From an uncultured Bacilli bacterium (GTDB taxonomy: Bacteria > Bacillota_I > Bacilli_A > RF39 > UBA660): a stretch of 52,219 nucleotides of DNA. The DNA is taken from NCBI GenBank assembly GCA_944332535.1, contig CALVKE010000025.1:1-52219 (forward strand), given 5' to 3'. The notes under the pieces were generated by a model, which saw nothing but the letters and a program-made list of their open reading frames with translations, did no database searches and was not told the DNA's origin. Below, one piece after another: positions 1-9,387 of this stretch (its first letter is position 1; every line of letters begins with the position of its first letter). The position numbers and the translations under genes are program-made.

Positions 1-303
1 TTATTATACCATATAAATCACGGTATTTAACTTATTCTACTTATATTTAATTATTTTAATAAATCTACTTCTTGAATAATTCGTTACTTTGCAAGTGTGC
101 AATTATAGTAAATAAAAAGCTAGCAAACGAATGCTAACTTTTTTGTTTCCGAAATTGTTTCCAAACTATTTTCTCTTATTTTATAAGGATTTGCAGAGAT
201 TTTGGTAACATCTTTTTTAATTTTGGAAACAAAATGGAAACTAATTGACTATTTTTTGTGATTTTTTTATTTTTGAAACCCTCGCAAACCCTTATTTTAT
301 AAG

Positions 304-2796
304 CTATTTTCCACAGCAGTTTTTATATTTTTTTCCACTTCCACATGGACATGGATCGTTTCTTCCTACTTTTTTACTTTTTTTAGGGGTAGCTTTTTTC
401 GTATCATCTTTTTCATTTGTTATTTTCGTTTTAGAAACTTCTTTTCGCTCAATATTTTGGCGAATTTCTGATTTTACTAAAAGAATTGTAATATCTTTAT
501 CAATCTTTTGCATCATTTGATCAAACAAATCGAATCCTTCCATCGTATATGCACGAAGTGGATCTTCTTGAGCATACCCTCTCAAATAAATTCCCTCTCT
601 TAAATGAGACATCGTATTGATTTGTTCCGTCCAATAATGATCAATTACATTTAAGCTAATTACCTTTTCGAATTCATCTTTAATTTCATCTGGGATTTCC
701 TTAATTTTTTCCTCGTATTCACCTACTAAGCGATCCGTAATAAAATCAATGATTTCTTCTGGAGTTTTTCCCTCAATATCTTTTTTCGAAATATCGTTTT
801 TCAATAAATTTTCGTTTGTGAACTCGATAATCTCTTCTAAATCTTTGTCCATTAATTTTCCTTCTGGGTAAAGATGAGAGTTAACAATATCCATAATATG
901 ATTATGAATAGTATTTAAAACTGTATTATGGATAGATTCACTATCTAGAATTTCATTTCTTCTTTTATACATGATTTCTCTTTGATTGTTATTAACATCA
1001 TCATATTGAAGCAATTGCTTACGTATATCAAAGTTATTTCCTTCTACTCTAGCTTGTGCACTAGAAAGAGCCTTGGTAAATGTTTTACTCTGAATTGCTT
1101 GATTTTCATCGAATCCTAGATTTTGTAACATAATTTTAATACGATCCGTTCCAAAACGAACCATTAAATCGTCTTCCATAGATACATAAAATTGCGTATA
1201 TCCTGGATCTCCTTGCCGTCCAGATCGACCTCTTAACTGATTATCAATACGACGAGATTCATGGCGTTCCGTACCGATTACACAAAGTCCTCCTAGTTCT
1301 CTTACTTCATCACTTAATTTGATATCGGTTCCACGTCCAGCCATGTTAGTCGCAATCGTTACACTTTTTCCTAATCCAATTTTACTAATAATCTCTGCTT
1401 CACGTGCATGGTTTTTGGCATTTAATACTTCGTGAGGAATATGTTTTTCCTTTAGCATATCACTAATTAATTCACTTGTTTCAATGGCAATAGTACCAAC
1501 TAGAACTGGTTGCCCTTTTTGATATCTTTGCTCAATTTCATTTACAATTGCTCGGTATTTTCCGGCTTTAGTAGAATACATGATATCTGGAGCATCAATA
1601 CGTGCAATTGGTTTATTAGTCGGTATTTCAATAACGTACATATTATAAATATTGCGGAATTCTTCTTCTTCTGTTTTTGCAGTACCAGTCATACCAGATA
1701 ATTTTTTATACATACGGAATAAATTTTGGAATGTAATCGTTGCAAGTGTCTTCGTCTCTTGTTGAATTTGAACATTTTCTTTTGCTTCGATTGCTTGATG
1801 TAATCCGTCACTGAAGGCACGTCCTTTCATAAGACGTCCTGTAAATTGGTCAACAATGACTACTGCACCGTCTTGCACTACATAATCCACATCTAACCGC
1901 ATCGAATAATTGGCACGTAACGCTTGATTAATAAAATGTACTAATGTTGCATTATTAATGTCATAAAGATTATCTACTTTGAAATACTTTTCAGCTTTTT
2001 CGCTTCCTTGCTCTGTTAGGTTAACGGCTTTCGTTTTTTCATCGTAAATAAAATCGTCTTCCTTCGTTAGTGATTTTGCAAAACGGTCAGCATCTATATA
2101 CATTCCTGCACTTTGCATTGCTCCACCAGAAATAATTAACGGAGTACGTGCCTCGTCAATTAATACAGAGTCAACCTCGTCGATGATGGCAAAGTTTAAT
2201 CCTCTTTGGACACGATTTTCTTTTTTTACCACCATGTTATCTCTTAAATAGTCAAATCCAATTTCATTGTTGGTAGAATACATGATGTCACATTGATAAG
2301 CCTGTTGTTTTTCTTGAGGAGTTAATTCTCTTAAATTAATTCCAACTGTTAATCCTAAAAATTGATGGATTTTTCCCATCCATTCCGCATCACGAGAAGC
2401 TAAATATTCATTTACAGTAATGATATGAACTCCTTCTCCAGTTAAAGCATTTAAATAAGCTGGCATAACACTAGTTAAGGTCTTTCCTTCTCCAGTTTTC
2501 ATCTCAGCAATATTCCCGTAATGAATTGCTAATGCTCCTAAAATTTGAACATAGAAAGGTTTTTCTCCAATGACACGGAAACACGCCTCTCTTGCTGTTG
2601 CAAATGCTTCCACTAAAATATCATCTAGGGTTTCCCCTTCTTTTAAACGATGACGAAACTCTTCTGTTTTTCCCTTTAATTGCTCGTCTGTTAATTTTTC
2701 ATATTCTTCTGATTTTTGATCAATTTCATCTGCTATTTTGGCAAATCTTTTCAATTCTTTATATTCATGATCGAATAAGTTTCTCAATATATTCAT
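304..2796 (-). CDS. secA: Preprotein translocase ATPase SecA
   Basis: 830-aa ORF with SecA motor motifs (MKTGEGKTL, IIDEVDS) and the C-terminal zinc-finger tail CPCGSGKKYKNCCG. Confidence 0.97.
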   Translation of the reverse strand: MNILRNLFDHEYKELKRFAKIADEIDQKSEEYEKLTDEQLKGKTEEFRHRLKEGETLDDILVEAFATAREACFRVIGEKPFYVQILGALAIHYGNIAEMKTGEGKTLTSVMPAYLNALTGEGVHIITVNEYLASRDAEWMGKIHQFLGLTVGINLRELTPQEKQQAYQCDIMYSTNNEIGFDYLRDNMVVKKENRVQRGLNFAIIDEVDSVLIDEARTPLIISGGAMQSAGMYIDADRFAKSLTKEDDFIYDEKTKAVNLTEQGSEKAEKYFKVDNLYDINNATLVHFINQALRANYSMRLDVDYVVQDGAVVIVDQFTGRLMKGRAFSDGLHQAIEAKENVQIQQETKTLATITFQNLFRMYKKLSGMTGTAKTEEEEFRNIYNMYVIEIPTNKPIARIDAPDIMYSTKAGKYRAIVNEIEQRYQKGQPVLVGTIAIETSELISDMLKEKHIPHEVLNAKNHAREAEIISKIGLGKSVTIATNMAGRGTDIKLSDEVRELGGLCVIGTERHESRRIDNQLRGRSGRQGDPGYTQFYVSMEDDLMVRFGTDRIKIMLQNLGFDENQAIQSKTFTKALSSAQARVEGNNFDIRKQLLQYDDVNNNQREIMYKRRNEILDSESIHNTVLNTIHNHIMDIVNSHLYPEGKLMDKDLEEIIEFTNENLLKNDISKKDIEGKTPEEIIDFITDRLVGEYEEKIKEIPDEIKDEFEKVISLNVIDHYWTEQINTMSHLREGIYLRGYAQEDPLRAYTMEGFDLFDQMMQKIDKDITILLVKSEIRQNIERKEVSKTKITNEKDDTKKATPKKSKKVGRNDPCPCGSGKKYKNCCGK

Positions 2797-2918
2797 TTTA
2801 TCATCTCCTCGATATTTACTATTTTATCAGAAAGATCCAAATTATTCTACTAAAAACAGCATTTTCCAAAGAAAAAGATACATTTCTAAGGGTTTTAGAA
2901 ATGTATCCGATCTTTTTA

Positions 2919-3449
2919 TTAATCTATTTCGATTAGACCGTAATCTCCATCTTTTCTTTTATAAACTAAAGCGGGGTGATCTGTATCGATATTTTTGAAT
3001 AAATAAAATGCATGTCCCAATAGTTCCATTTGAAGAATTGCTTCTTCCTCATCCATTGGTTTTACATCGATCTTTTTTCTTTTTACAATATTGGTAGGAA
3101 CCTCTTCCTTCCAATCTTCGATATAGTCAATAACGAAATCTTTGGCTTCTTTTCCCTTTTTCGCATTAAGTCTTGTCTTATTCTTGCGAATTTGCCTTTC
3201 TAGCTTATCGATGACTACATCCATAGCAGCGTAAAAGTTTTCTTGTTCTTCTTCTGCTCTTAAGATTAATTTTTTTAAAGGAATGGTTACTTCTACTTTA
3301 TGGGATGGTTTATGTACCTTCACCACAATCGTAGCATCTACATGTTCTGGGTTTTCAATGTACTTTTCTAATTTTTCGAGTTTCTCCTTTGCATATTGTT
3401 TCATTGCATCTGTGATTTCTAATTTATCTCCTCTTAATGAAATGTTCAT
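2919..3449 (-). CDS. hpf: Ribosome hibernation promoting factor, long form (YvyD-like)
   Basis: 176-aa ORF with a YfiA/S30AE-like N-terminus and a C-terminal dimerisation domain; hpf-secA synteny as in Bacillus. Confidence 0.9.
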   Translation of the reverse strand: MNISLRGDKLEITDAMKQYAKEKLEKLEKYIENPEHVDATIVVKVHKPSHKVEVTIPLKKLILRAEEEQENFYAAMDVVIDKLERQIRKNKTRLNAKKGKEAKDFVIDYIEDWKEEVPTNIVKRKKIDVKPMDEEEAILQMELLGHAFYLFKNIDTDHPALVYKRKDGDYGLIEID

Positions 3450-3505
3450 CTTTCATCCCTCCCATTTTTATCATACCACGAAATCATGAAAAAAGCTACC
3501 CCATC

Positions 3506-3724
3506 TTATTTGGTAGCTTGTAATTCTTCTGCCACTTCAATATCTATTGCTTGAAACCCTTTAGCCGTCTCCACCAAAGTAAATTCTACGATTTGACCTT
3601 CGCTTAGAGTTTTGTAACCATCTTGTTTAATTGCAGAGTAATGTACGAAAATATCTTCATTTTCTTTGTATTCAATAAATCCATAGCCCTTTTCATTATT
3701 GAACCATTTAACACGTCCTCTCAC
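3506..3724 (-). CDS. Cold-shock protein (CspA family)
   Basis: 72-aa ORF with RNP motifs KGYGFI and VFVHYS. Confidence 0.93.
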   Translation of the reverse strand: MRGRVKWFNNEKGYGFIEYKENEDIFVHYSAIKQDGYKTLSEGQIVEFTLVETAKGFQAIDIEVAEELQATK

Positions 3725-3989
3725 TGCGTCACCTCACCTTCCTTTATATTCCTTTTACGACTCGTACATAAAAATCTTTTACCGCTTATGCACGATTAAA
3801 TCATAGCATGGATAATTTGCGAATTTTGTCGAATTTTAGTAAAAGGACAAAATTCTATCTATTTTCTATTAAAATCTACAAATTTTGGTATAAAACAAGG
3901 AGAATTTCGACGTTATTTTCCCTTTCAACAAGAATCCTCATCATTTTTTAATAAGATCGTATAATGGTAATTGGATGGAGGAAAGAAGA

Positions 3990-4604
3990 ATGAAGACATA
4001 CTTTTTAAATCATTGTATATCTGCAGTAAAGGGTAACTTTCCAGAATACAGTGAGGAACAACTATTAGAAATTCGTTATGGAATCGAGAGTATCTATCTA
4101 TCCATTTCTAAAGTTGTCGTAATATTATTTATTACTTGGATCTTTGGATTCTTTCAAGAAGCGGTTATCTTACTTTTTCTATTTAATCTTTTAAGAATCC
4201 CGGGATTTGGACTTCACGCATCAAAAAGTTGGATGTGTTGGATCTCTTCTAGCATTACTTTTATCGGTGTTCCCCTATTATGCCAATGGATAGAAATTCC
4301 ACGAAGTCTAATGATTCCACTTTCTCTCTTTTGTATCTTGAACTTTTGGTTCTTTGCACCAGCTGATACAAAAAAGCGTCCATTAGTAAACAGAAAAAAA
4401 AGAATGATGTATAAATTAATAACGGTTACTGTCTCTATCATTTATACTTACTTCATTCTTACTACATCCAATGTCTTTTTACGAAATGCGTTATTTTGCG
4501 CTATGCTTATTGAATTGGTACTAATACATCCGGTGACTTATCGACTATTTAAATTACCTTATAATAACTATAAGTCATATGTATTTAGTAATAAATTAGG
4601 TTAG
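3990..4604 (+). CDS. agrB: AgrB-family accessory gene regulator protein B (AgrD-processing membrane peptidase)
   Basis: Multi-TM ORF resembling AgrB (..RIPGFGLHASKSWMCWISS..). The ATG at 3990 follows a GGAGGA RBS; the ORF-track start at 3975 is probably too long. Directly followed by an AgrD-like mini-ORF. Confidence 0.85.
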   Translation: MKTYFLNHCISAVKGNFPEYSEEQLLEIRYGIESIYLSISKVVVILFITWIFGFFQEAVILLFLFNLLRIPGFGLHASKSWMCWISSSITFIGVPLLCQWIEIPRSLMIPLSLFCILNFWFFAPADTKKRPLVNRKKRMMYKLITVTVSIIYTYFILTTSNVFLRNALFCAMLIELVLIHPVTYRLFKLPYNNYKSYVFSNKLG

Positions 4605-4623
4605 TGAATAGGAGGAGGAATTT

Positions 4624-4749
4624 ATGAAAAAATTATTCGCTATGGCAATTGCCGCTGTTGGTACTTTGGCTGCTGGAGCAGCTAGTATGGGATGTCTTTT
4701 AATGATTCTAGATGAACCAGAAGCTCCAAAATCAATTATCGAAAAATAG
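4624..4749 (+). CDS. agrD: AgrD-like autoinducing peptide precursor (41 aa, not in ORF track)
   Basis: Own translation: MKKLFAMAIAAVGTLAAGAASMGCLLMILDEPEAPKSIIEK. It has an amphipathic N-terminus, a single Cys, and the acidic DExExPK tail typical of AgrD. AGGAGGAGGA RBS just upstream; lies 19 nt after agrB. Confidence 0.78.
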   Translation: MKKLFAMAIAAVGTLAAGAASMGCLLMILDEPEAPKSIIEK

Positions 4750-4766
4750 TGATAGGAAAAGGAAAA

Positions 4767-4796
4767 GTAGCCTATTTCAAAAGGCTATTTTTTTTG
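4767..4796. terminator. Bidirectional rho-independent terminator between convergent agrBD and agrCA-like genes
   Basis: Hairpin TAGCCT-N8-AGGCTA followed by a T8 run on the + strand and flanked by an A/T-rich stretch on the - strand. Confidence 0.6.
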
Positions 4797-6092
4797 TGTA
4801 ATAATTAACTTTTGAATAAAATAACCATGTTCGATAATAGTATTAGATTCCAAGCAATCGTGTTCTTTTATTAACTTGTTCACAATATAGAGTCCTGTTC
4901 CTCTACCAGTTCCTTTGCTGGAATAGCCATAGGTATTAATCTTATTTAATTCTACTTCACCACTAAATGTATTGGCAATTTCTAAACAAATTTGATTTTT
5001 GTTAGTAGTATAAGCATTGATAGCAACCATTTTCTCTTCACTTAAAAGAGCAGCTTCCATAGCATTATCCAGATATACACCAACAATACTATAAATACTC
5101 TTCTTGACTTCGGAGGGTAATGCTTCTAAATTTATGTTTTTACAGTCTTTACTTATTACTACATTAGCATTTAATCCTTTGGATCTCATTTCCAAAATTT
5201 TATGATTCATAAAACTACGTAATCCCATAAAGCTGATGTTATTTAACTCGATTATCCATTGAGAAGTAATTCCTTTTCTTTCACTGATCAAGCTATCTAT
5301 ATATTCGTGTACATCTTTGTTCTTCTTACCAATCATTCCTTTAATAATGATTAATTGATTTTTGTATTCATGATTTAATACACTATAATCTTCTACTAAA
5401 GTAGCGTTAATTTCTGAAAACTTTGCTAAATCCTCATATTGTTTATTTACCTTTTCATATTTTATTCTTTCATATAGTGTAACAATTCCAATTATGCTAA
5501 TTGCTAATATCATTAAAATATTTACAATGAATTGACTATTTAAAACCCAATTATCAGAATCAACTCTAAAAAATAAAGTACCAATACATAGCAAGATAAC
5601 AATTGCTGTAATTAGTAAAAATGCTAGATTGTTATCTTCCATTTTAGATAAAATTTTTCTATAAAATACTTGAAACCGAAAAATTAAGAAATAATTGATT
5701 ATCATAATAATGGCATTCAAAGCAACAGTATTTTTTATCGAGGTGGTTAAGTCAGAAGAAATAAAGTAAAACAATAAACTTAAAAACAAACCTGTTAGAC
5801 ATTCTGCTATTAAAGCGCTAATATATTCAATAAATGATATTGCCATACATTTACTTATAAAATCTTTTGTAATCAATTTATTTAATAATATCAAATCAAT
5901 AAATACAAATATTACCTTTAAGAAATTTTGCATCATATTGTAAGTTAGAGTTAAAATAAATGCGTTTATCAAGATTATCAAAAATTCAAATTTTCCTATT
6001 TTTATTTTCTTTGATTGCAAGATTTCTGTCGATTTTATCATTACTAATCCAATGACAATTCCGCTCACAATATTTTGAAATAAATCTAACAT
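4785..6092 (-). CDS. AgrC-like membrane sensor histidine kinase (GHKL ATPase)
   Basis: 435-aa ORF; the N-terminal half is multi-TM, the C-terminal half has an N-box (LDNAMEAA) and a G-box (GTGRGTGLYIV); overlaps the downstream LytTR regulator gene. Confidence 0.85.
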   Translation of the reverse strand: MLDLFQNIVSGIVIGLVMIKSTEILQSKKIKIGKFEFLIILINAFILTLTYNMMQNFLKVIFVFIDLILLNKLITKDFISKCMAISFIEYISALIAECLTGLFLSLLFYFISSDLTTSIKNTVALNAIIMIINYFLIFRFQVFYRKILSKMEDNNLAFLLITAIVILLCIGTLFFRVDSDNWVLNSQFIVNILMILAISIIGIVTLYERIKYEKVNKQYEDLAKFSEINATLVEDYSVLNHEYKNQLIIIKGMIGKKNKDVHEYIDSLISERKGITSQWIIELNNISFMGLRSFMNHKILEMRSKGLNANVVISKDCKNINLEALPSEVKKSIYSIVGVYLDNAMEAALLSEEKMVAINAYTTNKNQICLEIANTFSGEVELNKINTYGYSSKGTGRGTGLYIVNKLIKEHDCLESNTIIEHGYFIQKLIITQKK

Positions 6093-6838
6093 TTAATATT
6101 CTCCTTGTTTAGTTGTTCTTCACACAATTTTTCTTTTAATGCCTTTTTATAGTTCTTTGAAACAAAAGCTATTTTCTTATTGTCAAATTTTATAATGAGA
6201 TCTTCTAGATCTACTGCTCGAATATTATAAGTATTCACAATATAATTTCGATGTGTCTTTAAAAATCTGGGATCTTTACTGATCTCTTTTTCTAATTGAA
6301 GTAACGTTTTATTGGTAATATATTCTTCTTTCTTGGTATGAATATAACAATAGGTTTCTTCCGGTACTTTTTCAATATATAAAATATCATTTAATGGAAT
6401 ACGATATAATTCGTTATTCTTTTGAAACTGAATAGAGTCTCTACTCGTTAAAATATTATGAGCAGAACGAATTGCATCCAACAATAATTTTTCCAAATCA
6501 AAAAATTTCGTAATGAATGCTAACATTAATATTTTTCTTTGATAATCGTAATTTCTCAAATTGTCATGAGATGTTACAATGATAATTTGACTATCCCAAT
6601 CTCCAGAATCCCTTATTTGTCTTGCAAGATCTAAACCAGATTTTCCCGGTACTTCGACATCCATAATAAAAATTTTACTTCCGCTAAGTTGCTCTATTTG
6701 TTCTATGATCTCTTCTTGATACTCTTTTATTTCTATCACATCATAAGCTAGCTTACTAGTGCCTATAAATTTGTCAATAACAGAAAAATACTTATCACGA
6801 AATTTTTCTTCATCTTCATAAATAATAAAATTTAACAT
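6086..6838 (-). CDS. LytTR-family response regulator (AgrA-like)
   Basis: 250-aa ORF with a receiver domain (IIYEDEE.., MDVEVPGKSGLDLA) and a C-terminal LytTR domain (..LYIEK.., HRNYIVN). Confidence 0.88.
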   Translation of the reverse strand: MLNFIIYEDEEKFRDKYFSVIDKFIGTSKLAYDVIEIKEYQEEIIEQIEQLSGSKIFIMDVEVPGKSGLDLARQIRDSGDWDSQIIIVTSHDNLRNYDYQRKILMLAFITKFFDLEKLLLDAIRSAHNILTSRDSIQFQKNNELYRIPLNDILYIEKVPEETYCYIHTKKEEYITNKTLLQLEKEISKDPRFLKTHRNYIVNTYNIRAVDLEDLIIKFDNKKIAFVSKNYKKALKEKLCEEQLNKENIKC

Positions 6839-6875
6839 ATATCTATCTCTTTCCCTTCTTCTATCAAAAAAAGAG

Positions 6876-7958
6876 CTAATCTTTTTTGACTAGCCTTTTT
6901 TTAATTTCTTTTAATTTTGGTGGTTTTTTATCCGTTATAATGTTTGTATAACAAACGAACCAAATTAGTAAAATGGTCAATATCACATAAATGAATTTTG
7001 CTGACTCTGATATTTGCAATACATAAAAAATGGAGGTTAGTGCAAAAAGAATATTAATTCCATAAATGATTAAGACCGTTGTTCTTTGCGAAAAGTTCAT
7101 TCCTAATAACTGATGGTGAAAATGGTCTTTATCAGGTGAAAAGATTGGCTGTCCTCTTAGAGAACGTCGAATGATTGCAAATAGAGTGTCAAGAATTGGT
7201 AAGCCCAATATCATGATGGGAACGAATAACGAACTAAATGCAGTTCCTTTGAAACCAAGTAAAGAAATGACCGCGACCATAAATCCCATGAACTGAGTAC
7301 AATCTCCAGCAAATATTTTGGCCGGATAAAAATTATGAAGAAGAAAGCCTAAGGTAGAACCTAACATAATAAAAGTTAACGTAAATTCTAATGTATTAAA
7401 TCTTGCTTGATAATAACATATAATTCCTGTTGTAATATAAAATATGGCTGTGACTCCTCCACTCAGTCCATCTAGTCCGTCAGTTAAATTAATAATATTG
7501 GTACAAGCTACGATAAACAAGATGGTAAGTATTTCGGAAAACCATCCAAACTCTAAATATAGACCAAAAACAGAAATGTCCGTAATTATGATTTTTCCAT
7601 AAAATACAATGACACAGGCAGCTGCTATTTGTCCTATTAGTTTTCTGGATGCTCTTAAATCATTTATATCGTCTATTATACCAGTTAAAACGATAATAAA
7701 ACTCCCTATTAAGATCGAATTCATTTTGATACTATGTTTTCCAAATAGCATGTAGCCAAATAAAAATGCTAAAAAAATACCCAGGGCACCCAGTTTTGGA
7801 ATAGGGCGCTTGTGAATATGTCGATTTCCTTCGCTATTTCTTGGTACATCCACTGCTCCAATGTGATGGGCAACCCGTTTCATTAATGGCATCAGAAGGG
7901 CACTGCATAAAAAGGTAACCCCTACAATTTTTAAAATTTCTATAATATGAGGATTCAT
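6876..7958 (-). CDS. Glycosyltransferase family 4 (MraY/WecA/TagO-like undecaprenyl-phosphate GlcNAc-1-P transferase)
   Basis: 360-aa polytopic membrane ORF with IDDINDL and NLTDGLDGL motifs. Confidence 0.85.
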   Translation of the reverse strand: MNPHIIEILKIVGVTFLCSALLMPLMKRVAHHIGAVDVPRNSEGNRHIHKRPIPKLGALGIFLAFLFGYMLFGKHSIKMNSILIGSFIIVLTGIIDDINDLRASRKLIGQIAAACVIVFYGKIIITDISVFGLYLEFGWFSEILTILFIVACTNIINLTDGLDGLSGGVTAIFYITTGIICYYQARFNTLEFTLTFIMLGSTLGFLLHNFYPAKIFAGDCTQFMGFMVAVISLLGFKGTAFSSLFVPIMILGLPILDTLFAIIRRSLRGQPIFSPDKDHFHHQLLGMNFSQRTTVLIIYGINILFALTSIFYVLQISESAKFIYVILTILLIWFVCYTNIITDKKPPKLKEIKKRLVKKD

Positions 7959-8011
7959 TTTCTCACCTCTTTATTTAGAATTATAACATAAATTCTACAA
8001 TCTATAAATTT

Positions 8012-8074
8012 TTTTCCACATAAAAAGAGGATTTTCTCCTCCAAAATTGCTTTTTTCCACAATTCTGTGGAAAA
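8012..8074. promoter_or_regulatory. Cluster of three TTTTCCACA DnaA-box-like 9-mers; two form an inverted repeat
   Basis: TTTTCCACA at 8012-8020 and 8053-8061, inverted TGTGGAAAA at 8066-8074; the same 9-mer variant is used repeatedly in the oriC regions flanking dnaA. Confidence 0.4.
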
Positions 8075-8076
8075 CT

Positions 8077-9060
8077 TTATTTTTCCAACAAATATAAATT
8101 CTCTAACATGACCCCAGTTCCTTCTGCAACATTTGTAAGAGGATTGTCAGAGATGAATACAGGAACTTGCAAATGTTCTTTTAACACCTGAGGAAGTCCT
8201 TCGATAAGAGATCCTCCTCCTGTTAAGATAATTCCTTTTTCTACAATATCCGCTGCAAGTTCTGGCGGAGTGTCTTCTAATACTTTTTTGGCCTCATTAA
8301 TAATTTTTTCGATATCATTTTTAAGTGCTTCTTCTATCTCATTGGGGGTAATTTCAATCATTTTAGGTAGACCTGTCGCCATGTCTCTTCCTTTGATTTC
8401 CATCACATCTTTCTTTCTCGTTTTCGTTACTGTTCCAATGGTTAATTTAATATCTTCTGCTGTTTTATCTCCAATTAATAATTTATACTTGTCCTTTATG
8501 TACTTGATAATATCCCCGTCAAAAGCATTTCCAGCAATTCGAATCGATGAACTAGTAACAATTCCTCCCAAAGAAAGAACTGCAATATCTGTTGTTCCTC
8601 CACCAATATCGATAACCATACTTCCACTTGGTTTGGAAATATCCATTCCGGCTCCTACTGCCGCTACTTTTGGTTCTTCTTCTAAATAAACTTTTTTCGC
8701 ACCAGTTCTCTCCGCAATTTCGCGGATTGCATTCTTTTCTACTTGTGTAATATTCGATGGACAACAAATTAAAATTCTCGGTTTCGATAAGAAACTTTTT
8801 CCAATTACTTTTTCTAAAAATTTATTAAGCATTGCTTCTGTTACTTCAAAGTCAGCAATAACTCCGTCTTTCATCGGACAAATCGCTTTTACTTTTCCTG
8901 GCGTACGTCCAATCATTTCATAAGCTTCTTTTCCCACTGCTAATACTTTCTTACTAGTCGTATCAATAGCTACGACACTTGGCTCATTTAATACTACGCC
9001 TTTTCCTTTTACGTAAATTAATACATTTTTCGTTCCAAGGTCGATTCCGATATCTTTCAT
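8077..9060 (-). CDS. mreB: Rod-shape determining actin homolog MreB/Mbl
   Basis: 327-aa ORF with actin-fold phosphate motifs (GIDLGTKN, DIGGGTTD); spoIIID-mbl-like synteny. Confidence 0.93.
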   Translation of the reverse strand: MKDIGIDLGTKNVLIYVKGKGVVLNEPSVVAIDTTSKKVLAVGKEAYEMIGRTPGKVKAICPMKDGVIADFEVTEAMLNKFLEKVIGKSFLSKPRILICCPSNITQVEKNAIREIAERTGAKKVYLEEEPKVAAVGAGMDISKPSGSMVIDIGGGTTDIAVLSLGGIVTSSSIRIAGNAFDGDIIKYIKDKYKLLIGDKTAEDIKLTIGTVTKTRKKDVMEIKGRDMATGLPKMIEITPNEIEEALKNDIEKIINEAKKVLEDTPPELAADIVEKGIILTGGGSLIEGLPQVLKEHLQVPVFISDNPLTNVAEGTGVMLENLYLLEK

Positions 9061-9071
9061 GTTCCTCCTTT

Positions 9072-9323
9072 CTAGGAAAGGTTCAAGTATTTTCTTTTCG
9101 TTGATTCCCCTCCTCTAATATGACGTACTTCTATATGTTCCTTGAATATTTCAGCAATTAATTGATGTTTTTCCTTGTCCAATTCTAGTAATCTTTCTTT
9201 TAAATCTTTATGTACGGTACTTTTGGAAACACCGTTTAATTTGGCAATTTCGCGAATTGTCTTCTTTGTTTCTAGAATCTGATCGGCTTCTAAGAAGATT
9301 CTTTCAATCATGTATTTGTCCAT
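9072..9323 (-). CDS. spoIIID: Sporulation transcription regulator SpoIIID
   Basis: 83-aa ORF with an HTH (TIREIAKLNGVSKSTVHKDL) and the conserved C-terminal basic region; sits upstream of mreB/mbl. Confidence 0.9.
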   Translation of the reverse strand: MDKYMIERIFLEADQILETKKTIREIAKLNGVSKSTVHKDLKERLLELDKEKHQLIAEIFKEHIEVRHIRGGESTKRKYLNLS

Positions 9324-9387
9324 GGTTCCCTTCCTTCTACTTTATTCTAATTAAGTATATAGTGAAAGTTTGGGAATTATGAACAAT

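Noticed and set aside
1396-1411. TGCTTCACGTGCATGG in secA as a parS-like site
   Set aside because: Only the left half resembles parS; the right half does not match (CATGG versus AAACA), so it is not a palindromic ParB site.
245-2936. Antisense 'shadow' ORFs within secA (245-520, 1510-1701, 2592-2936)
   Set aside because: They lie opposite a strongly supported conserved gene and have Phe/Leu/Ile-rich low-complexity translations typical of the antisense strand of AT-rich genes, so they are treated as non-coding.
4196-4207. AATCCCGGGATT palindrome inside agrB as an extra Noc-binding site
   Set aside because: It shares only the CCCGGG core with the NBS consensus ATTTCCCGGGAAAT, with two mismatches per half-site. 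It lies within a coding sequence and is most likely chance.
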